The notes below the pieces were generated by a model. It had not been told where the DNA came from, searched no databases, and worked only from the letters and a program-made list of their open reading frames with translations. From a virus: a DNA stretch of 64,000 bases. Made by a program: the position numbers and the translations under genes. Positions within the stretch are counted from its first letter, which is position 1. Each line of letters starts with the position of its first letter. The DNA lies in IMG/VR virus record IMGVR_UViG_3300028883_000041, positions 21,588 through 85,587 of that record. One strand, written 5' to 3'. Of this stretch, positions 51,451-58,954 are shown one piece after another.

Positions 51451-51943
51451 AAGAGGTCATATAGTTGGAGGAACAATAGTATGGGGAATAGTTTTATTCA
51501 TCTATATGTTTGTTGGAGATATCAACGCAAATAAAGATGCGATGTGGGTAATCATGAGTTTGATAGTAGTTCAAGCTGGAGCAGTGCTTCCAGATTATGA
51601 TTTATTAAGTAAGAAGTTTTTACCACACAGAAATGTGATTACACATTCATTCTTCTTACCAGCCTTACTAACAATACCAATCTACTTTGTTAGAGATGAA
51701 ACCAATGTGTTACTACCTTTATTTGCTTTCTTCTTAATAGGATATTCCTCTCATCTACTCTTAGACATGAAACCTAAATCATGGCAAGGGTCAGCAAGAG
51801 TGCATATCTTCTGGAGAAATGAAAAAGGAAACAAACAGATGGGTTCTAAGAGAAGTTTTGCTTGGATACTGGTCAATGGGTTAATACTCATGGCAGCTGG
51901 GATAATCCTATTATACTTCTTTAACAAATGGATGGTGATATGA
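51440..51943 (+). CDS. YdjM-like membrane metal-dependent hydrolase
   Basis: GH, LPDYD, HRNVITHS, SHLLLD plus TM helices. Confidence 0.8.
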   Translation: MMDRRGHIVGGTIVWGIVLFIYMFVGDINANKDAMWVIMSLIVVQAGAVLPDYDLLSKKFLPHRNVITHSFFLPALLTIPIYFVRDETNVLLPLFAFFLIGYSSHLLLDMKPKSWQGSARVHIFWRNEKGNKQMGSKRSFAWILVNGLILMAAGIILLYFFNKWMVI

Positions 51944-52119
51944 TGGGTAGATGCTCTCATTCTGGTAAGAAAATTAAATGCCCTCACTGCGGTAGCGGTA
52001 GGGTGGCTTTTTTTTATGATGTGGATAAAACAATCATCTACTGTCAAGCAGTAGGTTGTTATAGAAGGTCAACAACAAAACATCATTCTGACCCAGATTT
52101 CGGTAAGGAGTGGGAATGA
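51928..52119 (+). CDS. Small Zn-finger protein
   Basis: CPHCGS..CQAVGC. Confidence 0.5.
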   Translation: MDGDMMGRCSHSGKKIKCPHCGSGRVAFFYDVDKTIIYCQAVGCYRRSTTKHHSDPDFGKEWE

Positions 52120-52256
52120 TGGGACTGGAAAATGTTGACCCAAATATGTTAATGGTCATTGCTGCTTGTGGTTTATTTGCTGTTGTAGTACTAGTACTAT
52201 ATATTAGTATTAAACAATATATAAGTAATAATTCCGATATTTATGTCGATGAATAA
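52116..52256 (+). CDS. 46-aa single-TM peptide (not in ORF track)
   Basis: ATGA overlap; MMGLENVDPNMLMVIAACGLFAVVVLVLYISIK. Confidence 0.45.
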   Translation: MMGLENVDPNMLMVIAACGLFAVVVLVLYISIKQYISNNSDIYVDE

Positions 52257-52304
52257 TCTTTTTAAGCACATACTTTTTATAGTAATACACATAAAGAGTA
52301 ACTA

Positions 52305-53339
52305 ATGACATACCGTGTGCTCTTTGTAGATGATGAACAAAAGTTTCTTGAAGCTTGTTGTGAACTAATGTACGATGATGAGATAGAAATAATACCAATA
52401 GACAATGCTAAAGAGGCTTTTGAGATATTCAAAAGTGAAAACATTGACGCAATTATATCGGACTTTAAAATGGATAATATCAACGGATTTGAGTTTCTGG
52501 ATATGGTTAGGAAGGAAGACCAAGAAATACCTTTTATCATATTCTCAAGAATACCAAGAAAAGAAGCCCTCACTACCATCCCTTTGGGTTTTACCATTTA
52601 CATACAAAAAGATGCAAAAGAACTACAATATCAACTCAAAGAGATATGCCACTACATTAGATGCAATGTCGAAAAGAGAAGAGAAATCGCTAAATTAAGC
52701 AAAAAATGTAATGATTTAAAATTCTTAGTAAGAACATGTGCTCATGATATGCATAACAAACTTTCTACAGTCAGTATTTACAATTCCATGGTATTAAACC
52801 AGTATACTAACAAAGTTCATGCTTCTATATTAGATATGTCACAGTATCTTGATAACATCAGTAATTTAGTTAAAAATGGGTATGATAACTTAGAAAGAGA
52901 TATTATTAATCTTTCATCCATGGTTAAGAAGATATGTAATGAAATTATGCCTTTTTCTCCCATAAAATTCAATCTATTCCCATTACCAAAAATAAAAGGT
53001 CATCAAATACATGTAGAACAGATTTTTCATAATTTGATAATAAACATTGTTAATCACTCACAAGCCAAAATTGTTTGGATATGGAGCAAGTTAAATAAAG
53101 ATGATAATACTTTTCAGATATTTGTTAGAGATAATGGGAAAGGTATTCCTCCTACTTATCAACAAAAAATACGAAGCAATTGGAAAACAGCAACTCCTTA
53201 TGATGTGAGTTTTGGTTTAGGTTTAATGATAGTTAAAAATGCTGTTGAAGAACATAATGGAGATATACAGTTTTCCAGCGGACATAAAAATGGAACTACT
53301 TTTCGTCTGACTTTTCCTCTGGATAGACTGGTGGAATAG
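52305..53339 (+). CDS. Hybrid receiver + histidine kinase (REC-HisKA-HATPase)
   Basis: FVDD, IISDFKM; H-box AHDMHNKL; N-box IFHNLIIN; DNGKGI; GLGL; GTTF. Confidence 0.92.
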   Translation: MTYRVLFVDDEQKFLEACCELMYDDEIEIIPIDNAKEAFEIFKSENIDAIISDFKMDNINGFEFLDMVRKEDQEIPFIIFSRIPRKEALTTIPLGFTIYIQKDAKELQYQLKEICHYIRCNVEKRREIAKLSKKCNDLKFLVRTCAHDMHNKLSTVSIYNSMVLNQYTNKVHASILDMSQYLDNISNLVKNGYDNLERDIINLSSMVKKICNEIMPFSPIKFNLFPLPKIKGHQIHVEQIFHNLIINIVNHSQAKIVWIWSKLNKDDNTFQIFVRDNGKGIPPTYQQKIRSNWKTATPYDVSFGLGLMIVKNAVEEHNGDIQFSSGHKNGTTFRLTFPLDRLVE

Positions 53340-53517
53340 AGTTAATTAAATCCCAATCTACTTCTACTCTAACCTCTCCATGAAATTTATCCATAACAAA
53401 AAAACATTGTGGGTTAGAACATTTCTTTCTATCTAATGTTTTCATCTTCTCTTCAATAAGATAGCACCCACATTTAGGACACCAATTAATATCATCGTAA
53501 AGTATCCAGATTGACAT
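53296..53517 (-). CDS. Zn-ribbon protein
   Basis: CPKCG..CSNPQC. Confidence 0.55.
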   Translation of the reverse strand: MSIWILYDDINWCPKCGCYLIEEKMKTLDRKKCSNPQCFFVMDKFHGEVRVEVDWDLINSIPPVYPEEKSDEK

Positions 53518-53664
53518 GATTATCTTCTATTACGATATCTTCTTGCTGGTCTCTCACGCCTTGGAAGACCCCTTCTTGGACAATCTGGGTCATCTCTACG
53601 TGGAGGTCTCTTTCTTCTTGTTCCGTATCCTTCACGATAATATATTTTGAAAGCATCTCTTGAG

Positions 53665-53958
53665 CTACTCAGTTACATCTACCTCTATCACTTCATATCT
53701 TTCTAATCGTTTAAGAGGTATAAAGATTTTGTGCTTATCTCCAACATAAATTTTAAGATATCGCAAAGTCTTTTGTATCTTAGTAACATTGATAATATTT
53801 TTGATTTCTGTGCCTCTCCAGTCATCTAAGTAGATTGTCACTTCATAATACTTCTTTCTATCTTCTTTGATAGTATTCCATTTTGCTTTCAACTTATCTA
53901 ATTCTTCTATTAGTTTTTCTTTCTTTGACATTTTATCACCTTTTTCTTCTTCAATCAT
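53665..53958 (-). CDS. Hypothetical protein
   Basis: ORF; GGTGA RBS before internal MSKK. Confidence 0.5.
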   Translation of the reverse strand: MIEEEKGDKMSKKEKLIEELDKLKAKWNTIKEDRKKYYEVTIYLDDWRGTEIKNIINVTKIQKTLRYLKIYVGDKHKIFIPLKRLERYEVIEVDVTE

Positions 53959-55090
53959 AATAATCCTCTGGCACTAATGGTATGAACCACAAATTTGCTA
54001 TTGGTGTATGTTCATTATAACTGAATGCTACAAATCTCAAATCTGTTGGTAATCCCAACTCATTAGCAAAGTGTTCACTATCATAACAAGCTCCATTACT
54101 AATAAAATACTTTCGATGACCCATAGTCCAATATCTTGTTTGATGCACATGTCCCATAAGGAAAACATCAAAATCTTCAGAATATGAAGCCTTAGCCAAG
54201 AGACTTGTATTCATTTTACTTATATTGTTTAGTGCTCCTCTGCTCAAGATTTTATGTCCATGACCTAACAAATATGTCCATGGTCCTTCTTTATGATATA
54301 ATAAAAACTTTGGAGCATATTTAACACTAATATTCCATGGAACCTCCCCTTCATCAATCGTTTGTTTTACATAATTAACTGCCTTTTGAATGGTCAAATA
54401 AACTAAACTATCCCAGTTATTAATTTCAGACTGTTTAGATATTCGTCCATGATTACCTTGTACTCCAACGACCTCAATTTCTTCGGTATATTGATATAAG
54501 TCTAATATCAGCTGTAATATCTCTCCAGTAATTATTTCTATCTGGTCATTGATGATTGCATGAGAATTCTCTATCTGAGATGGATAGACGCTAAACCCTT
54601 CAATCATGTCTCCCAAGAGACATATCGTTATCTTAGATGGATAGTGCTTACTCCACAATAATCTATTTATCAGACCTTCTTTAAGATATTTAAACCTTGA
54701 TTGTGCTTGTTCTACCCAATCAATCTCTCCTTTTCTGTCTCTAAACGAACCAGCATGAGTATCTCCAATCAATAACATGATTGGGTCCTTCAGCACATAT
54801 TCATAATCTATAGGGTTCCTTTTAATGTCTTTAATGTATCTTATTGTTCTTTGAACCATCTGAGTTGCTTCTAATAAACCTTCTACATCTAACTCTACTG
54901 GTTCTCTCCTTAGTCTTCCCCATCTTAATCCAAACTTCTTTGCCCAGTAATGAACTGCACTCGCATTCATATTCCAACCATATTCTGTATTGCACATGTC
55001 TGCTACTTCTATCAATGTCATTCTGTCTTGGATACACTGGAGAAGAAATTCTTTAGTAATAATATCTTTATACTTTGCTCTTCGTGTCAT
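53951..55090 (-). CDS. HTH + calcineurin-like metallophosphoesterase
   Basis: GDTHAG, LGDMIEG, GNHG, GHGH, GHVH. Confidence 0.85.
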   Translation of the reverse strand: MTRRAKYKDIITKEFLLQCIQDRMTLIEVADMCNTEYGWNMNASAVHYWAKKFGLRWGRLRREPVELDVEGLLEATQMVQRTIRYIKDIKRNPIDYEYVLKDPIMLLIGDTHAGSFRDRKGEIDWVEQAQSRFKYLKEGLINRLLWSKHYPSKITICLLGDMIEGFSVYPSQIENSHAIINDQIEIITGEILQLILDLYQYTEEIEVVGVQGNHGRISKQSEINNWDSLVYLTIQKAVNYVKQTIDEGEVPWNISVKYAPKFLLYHKEGPWTYLLGHGHKILSRGALNNISKMNTSLLAKASYSEDFDVFLMGHVHQTRYWTMGHRKYFISNGACYDSEHFANELGLPTDLRFVAFSYNEHTPIANLWFIPLVPEDYYD

Positions 55091-55277
55091 GCTATTGCTC
55101 CAATAAATTATTATTCAAATAAATTTCTACTTTAATCTATATAAGTGTTATCTTAGGATTTCTGTCGCTTTATTTTGCTATCTTTTATAAGTCTGAATAA
55201 CCATTCTTGTATGAGGTAAAGGTCTATACAATAGATTATCCATAAAACAGTTCCACCAATTACTAAATAAATCCATT

Positions 55278-55544
55278 CTATTGCTGTGAGAGCCATTCTA
55301 AATCCCTTTCGTGTTCTAAATCTACTTCATTGAACCTTATCCACATACCACCGTCTTTCTTGTAAAGGTTCCAAATTCTACTATATTCTTTCTTTCGTCT
55401 ATATTTTCTTCTATGCCTTAACAGATATTTCTTCATTTTTTTCATGCTATTAAATTCTGATTCATCCCACCAATTGTTACTGGGTGCAGCCCTATAATAA
55501 GTCTCTTTCATGTTACCTTCTCCTTTTTTGTAAATGATGGGCAT
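55278..55544 (-). CDS. Basic hypothetical protein
   Basis: ORF chain; likely start at MKETY. Confidence 0.45.
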   Translation of the reverse strand: MPIIYKKGEGNMKETYYRAAPSNNWWDESEFNSMKKMKKYLLRHRRKYRRKKEYSRIWNLYKKDGGMWIRFNEVDLEHERDLEWLSQQ

Positions 55545-55699
55545 ACTGAACCCATATACTGTAATAAAGCATAATAATCTTTTACCTCTGCAATTGTTAT
55601 GAAATCTCTCATTGTATGATAAAACCTACAAATGGGTCTGTTCTTACATAAATCACACTTAGGTGATGGTTCTTTTCTTAATGGTATATCATCTTGCAT
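55508..55699 (-). CDS. Small Cys protein
   Basis: CDLC..C..C. Confidence 0.5.
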   Translation of the reverse strand: MQDDIPLRKEPSPKCDLCKNRPICRFYHTMRDFITIAEVKDYYALLQYMGSVCPSFTKKEKVT

Positions 55700-55832
55700 T
55701 TTTAATCATCCACCTTACAACTGCTGACTTATTACCAGCAAACCTTTCATCTGCAATCTCTTGTAGAAGCTTTTCTTCTTTCTTTGATAGTCTAACAATG
55801 AGTATCTCAGTTAGTTTTTCGTAATCTTTCAT
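55689..55832 (-). CDS. Ribbon-helix-helix regulator (47 aa, not in ORF track)
   Basis: ILIVRLSKKEEKLLQEIA..NKSAVVRWMI; TGATG overlap with the exonuclease gene. Confidence 0.65.
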   Translation of the reverse strand: MKDYEKLTEILIVRLSKKEEKLLQEIADERFAGNKSAVVRWMIKNAR

Positions 55833-56440
55833 CAATATCTACCTCTGTTTATTAATTCTAACATAATCTTCGATGCCATAAAAGCATCATAACTTGCTCT
55901 ATGAAAACCGTAATCCCTTATAGTATCAAGAGTTTGTTGATTTATCTTGAGTATAGGAAGCCCAAACACAATATAATTGGTCGCTTCCTCTAAATTAGCC
56001 ATTTTGAAATTAAATTTTTTATGTCCTTTCTTCAAATAGTTAGTAGCCATTCGCATGATGCATGGTGCTTTATGACGATAATAATACCACATATTGAAAG
56101 GTTCCCTATCCAAGAACCTCATGAAATCAAAATCAGTGTTATATGATGTGACAACTTTATCGCTAAGAAGACTTATCAGTTCCCTTTTAACTGTAATTAT
56201 AGGTCTTCCCTCAGTTAATATATCTTCTGTTCTAATATCACTGTTCTTTGCTAACCAAGAGTTAGGATAAGACCATCTTATAATATCATCTTTAGCATAC
56301 TTTACTAAACTATTATACATTAGTTCAATACCACCAGTATTAGGTTCTGCTCTACATACAGCCACTTCTACTATATGGTCTCTTGCTGTAAGTCCAGTAG
56401 TTTCTAAATCAATTACATATATATCATTCATTCTTCTCAC
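55832..56440 (-). CDS. DEDDh (DnaQ/RNase T-like) 3'-5' exonuclease
   Basis: VIDLETTG, YNTDFD, HRASYDA. Confidence 0.9.
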   Translation of the reverse strand: MRRMNDIYVIDLETTGLTARDHIVEVAVCRAEPNTGGIELMYNSLVKYAKDDIIRWSYPNSWLAKNSDIRTEDILTEGRPIITVKRELISLLSDKVVTSYNTDFDFMRFLDREPFNMWYYYRHKAPCIMRMATNYLKKGHKKFNFKMANLEEATNYIVFGLPILKINQQTLDTIRDYGFHRASYDAFMASKIMLELINRGRY

Positions 56441-56447
56441 TTCTTTT

Positions 56448-56524
56448 TGGTGGGACTGAAGAGATTTGAACTCTAACCCTTGGGGTCTGGAGCCCCTTAT
56501 GCTACCAGACTACACCACAGTCCC
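56448..56524 (-). tRNA. trnW: tRNA-Trp(CCA), intronless, CCA encoded
   Basis: GGGACTG/CAGTCCC acceptor, GGGG-CTCCAGA-CCCC anticodon arm, GTTCAAATC T-loop, ACCA end. Confidence 0.88.
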
Positions 56525-56530
56525 AATCAT

Positions 56531-56740
56531 TACGACCATAGGCACCCACTCAAGTTTAAATGCATTGGACTTTACGCTAACTATCGCCTATGTTTATCGT
56601 GCTTGAGATTTAATTCACATCTCTCGGCTCTTGGTATTTTGTTTGATATGGTTCTCAACCATAGCGACCCAATGTCCAGACACCGTGGAAGCTTCCATCT
56701 ATCCTTCTTGGAACAGTATCCTTATCTTGGTTTATCGTGG
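56531..56740 (-). ncRNA. Putative structured ncRNA between the minihelix and tRNA-Trp
   Basis: Helices ACGAT-AAA-CATAGGC/GCCTATG-GTCGT, ATGGTT/AACCAT, CATTGG/CCAATG, CTCAAG/CTTGAG; CACGATAAAC occurs twice. Confidence 0.45.
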
Positions 56741-56741
56741 T

Positions 56742-56778
56742 TGGTGCACCCAGCCAGATTTGAACTGGTTATGGGTGC
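56742..56778 (-). ncRNA. 37-nt tRNA minihelix (acceptor stem + T arm + ACCA; no D or anticodon arm)
   Basis: GCACCCA TA ACCAG TTCAAAT CTGGC TGGGTGC ACCA. Confidence 0.7.
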
Positions 56779-56785
56779 TTAGATT

Positions 56786-56929
56786 GGGTGGATGGTAGGG
56801 GATTTGAACCCCACTTGGCATCCAGTTTCCTTGACAGATAGCTCTTCTATCAAGTTTCCTTTCTTTTGCCTTTTCAGTTGAAGCCAGATACTCATGGAGT
56901 TGTTCCTTCTTCCACTTTCGCTTCCATCC
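56786..56929 (-). ncRNA. About 144-nt tRNA-like RNA with expanded interior
   Basis: GGATGG/CCATCC acceptor, GGGG-TTCAAAT-CCCC T arm, internal hairpin CTTGATAGA/TCTGTCAAG. Confidence 0.6.
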
Positions 56930-56934
56930 ATATT

Positions 56935-57016
56935 TGGTGTTCGGAGGTGGGAATTGAACCCACGGTGTACCAAAGCTGTTATCAGCCCAGCGGTCCCATT
57001 ACGCCCTACTCCAAAC
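56935..57016 (-). tRNA. Non-canonical tRNA-like RNA (8-bp acceptor/5-bp T stem; Ile-like CTGATAA in an irregular anticodon arm)
   Basis: GTTTGGAG/CTCCGAAC + ACCA; GTGGG-TTCAATT-CCCAC; D stem GGCG/CGCT. Confidence 0.6.
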
Positions 57017-57025
57017 ATGAATTAA

Positions 57026-57201
57026 TAGGATGGGTTGGGGTCACTGTATTTGTCAGCACCCAACTATGAGTTTGCCCTCTTACCGTTACCGTATCATGAA
57101 TTCAGAGGCTCTTACACTTGCAGTAAGTCTGTTTTCCTTACCTACGTGATTCTCTCGCAGTTCTTCCGTATGCGTCCATCAGCGTCTTCTGGTCCATCCT
57201 A
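57026..57201 (-). ncRNA. About 176-nt structured ncRNA with closed terminal stem
   Basis: TAGGATGG/CCATCCTA ends; hairpins CTTAC/GTAAG, GCCTCT/AGAGG(G)C, GTTGGG..CCCAAC; begins at the predicted TSS. Confidence 0.6.
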
Positions 57202-57222
57202 AAATGTATATACAAATAATAG

Positions 57223-57236
57223 TATTTAAAGGTTTC
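57223..57236 (-). promoter_or_regulatory. BRE-TATA promoter of the ncRNA polycistron
   Basis: GAAACC TTTAAATA about 30 nt upstream of the 5' end of the 57201 RNA. Confidence 0.7.
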
Positions 57237-57246
57237 GAAAAAAAGG

Positions 57247-58275
57247 TTATGAAGAGAGTAAGTTCTCTTCAAGTATTTGGAAAAATAGTTCTCTAATTAG
57301 TCCAGCGTGTTTATTCATTCTCTTGTTGAATGCTCTATGAAGGAGTTTATCAATCTCCTCTTTCTGCTCTGCTAAGATATCTTGGAAGACATCACCTATG
57401 ACAGAACCAGTATACTGCCTATCAATCTTCCCACGACCATGCTGTTCTTCGAGTTTCATGATAGACTTCTGGACCCTTCCCTTGGTTATGTAACTCTCCA
57501 TGATATATTGAACAATTTCATCTATATCTGCTGAACCTTTCTTGGTCTTATCTTTGTTTGCAACACCACTTAAAGCTTCTTTGAACTCCTCTCTGACAAA
57601 CTTGACCATAGGCAAGATAGTCTCCTCACCTAATGATTGCCAGAATTCTCCATCATGATATGGCTCATAGTTCTTGAAAATCACGCCTTCTCTCATCTGA
57701 CCTCCCAGATAAGACTCTACCTTGTGTTCTTCTCTTGCCCAAGTGAATAGGTCTTGCATGGCACACTCACTCTTTCCACTGAATAGGATTGGAACCTTGT
57801 CAAAATCCATGAGTTTGACTATGCTATCAAACAACTCACATTCTGGATGTAACATCGTGAAGGTCCCATCTCTTATCGCTGCTATATCAAACACCGCAAG
57901 ATAGTTCTTGGGTATCCTCTCATAATACAATGTCGAGTGTCTTGGTTTGCTCAGATACTCTCCGAAGATGATTATGCTATCATACTCCATACTCTCCAGA
58001 GTGTTCATCATCTTTTCTCTAACATTCCAACTGTCCATATGTTTAGTAACATAGTCTATGATTGGTCTGAATGTTTTCTTACTGAAGCTGTCATCTGTCT
58101 CGTCTTGGGTCCTACTTCCGAACTGGACAGTTCCATCCTTGTTTATCCCTATTCTGAAATTGCTTCCATCAATCTTTTCTTCCAGCACTATCTGTGCTCC
58201 ACTCTCAAATCTTTCCCATTGGATGTATTTCGCATTACTTCCCAACGGATGTTTCACTTTTGGATATTTCTTCAT
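57247..58275 (-). CDS. ATP-dependent RNA ligase (Rnl2-like)
   Basis: YPK, motif I EEKIDGSNFR, IIFGEY, AVFDI, EGVIFK, VKFV..FKE; T-run after the stop. Confidence 0.85.
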   Translation of the reverse strand: MKKYPKVKHPLGSNAKYIQWERFESGAQIVLEEKIDGSNFRIGINKDGTVQFGSRTQDETDDSFSKKTFRPIIDYVTKHMDSWNVREKMMNTLESMEYDSIIIFGEYLSKPRHSTLYYERIPKNYLAVFDIAAIRDGTFTMLHPECELFDSIVKLMDFDKVPILFSGKSECAMQDLFTWAREEHKVESYLGGQMREGVIFKNYEPYHDGEFWQSLGEETILPMVKFVREEFKEALSGVANKDKTKKGSADIDEIVQYIMESYITKGRVQKSIMKLEEQHGRGKIDRQYTGSVIGDVFQDILAEQKEEIDKLLHRAFNKRMNKHAGLIRELFFQILEENLLSS

Positions 58276-58468
58276 GTTTGTTCACCTTCTTATACATCTC
58301 CCAGTAGGCAGCCCTCTTGCCTTTGTGGTAGTAGTATTTTTCTAATTGCCTTACCTTATCACAGATATCATCCGCCCTCTCATAATCTTCCCAGTATTGC
58401 TCTGTTGACATCCCATTGGTAGCCACCTCATCCTTCAGCCACTTGATTAACTCTTCCATGGTCATCAT
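58235..58468 (-). CDS. Hypothetical protein
   Basis: Operon overlap. Confidence 0.5.
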   Translation of the reverse strand: MMTMEELIKWLKDEVATNGMSTEQYWEDYERADDICDKVRQLEKYYYHKGKRAAYWEMYKKVNKHEEISKSETSVGK

Positions 58469-58677
58469 TGTTCCTTCACCTTCATTATAATCTCATGTAC
58501 TTTTAATCCCATAACCTCATAGTAGTCATAAACGTCTTCGTCATATTCATCATAAGTCTTTATGAGTTCATCAAATGCTTTCAATCTTCTATCAATCTCA
58601 GCAACATCTATAAACGCTGAATAGTCACAAGGTAGTTCTTTTAATAGTTCTTTCAAGAGTTCGTGGAGTTCAGTCAT
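58465..58677 (-). CDS. Hypothetical protein
   Basis: GGTGA RBS; promoter GAAAACC-TTTAAAAA near 58725. Confidence 0.55.
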   Translation of the reverse strand: MTELHELLKELLKELPCDYSAFIDVAEIDRRLKAFDELIKTYDEYDEDVYDYYEVMGLKVHEIIMKVKEQ

Positions 58678-58838
58678 TGTTCATCACCTATCCGTCCATG
58701 TACATACAGTAGAAGCACTTCCTTTTTAAAGGTTTTCATCGCCCTCATGTCATCGAAGGTCGCACACGGAAAGTTTAGAGATGAGGGTGTGAGATTGAAA
58801 TAAAGGCTTGTTTTTGTCCATTATACAGAACCTTTTAA

Positions 58839-58871
58839 CTCGCTTTCCTCAGACCATGATTTAAGAGCGTC
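58839..58871 (+). repeat. Repeat site 0 (degenerate): CTCGCT-N10-CATG-N7-AGCGTC
   Basis: Matches the four fuller copies to the right. Confidence 0.55.
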
Positions 58872-58954
58872 TAAAGGCTGTTTGTGGTTTGGGGTTGGTT
58901 GGGTGTAAATAATTAGTAAGCGTTTAATGAGAATAGATTAATGAGGTTGTTAAA

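Noticed and set aside
56480-57069. ORFs 56480-56782, 56779-57018 and 56866-57069
   Set aside because: They overlap tRNA and tRNA-like structures and lack protein-like features; the region is better explained as ncRNA
57026-57201. Hammerhead ribozyme, RNase P or SRP RNA
   Set aside because: CTGATGG is not the CUGANGA core; I found no GAGGAAAGUCC P4 signature or SRP helix-8 motif
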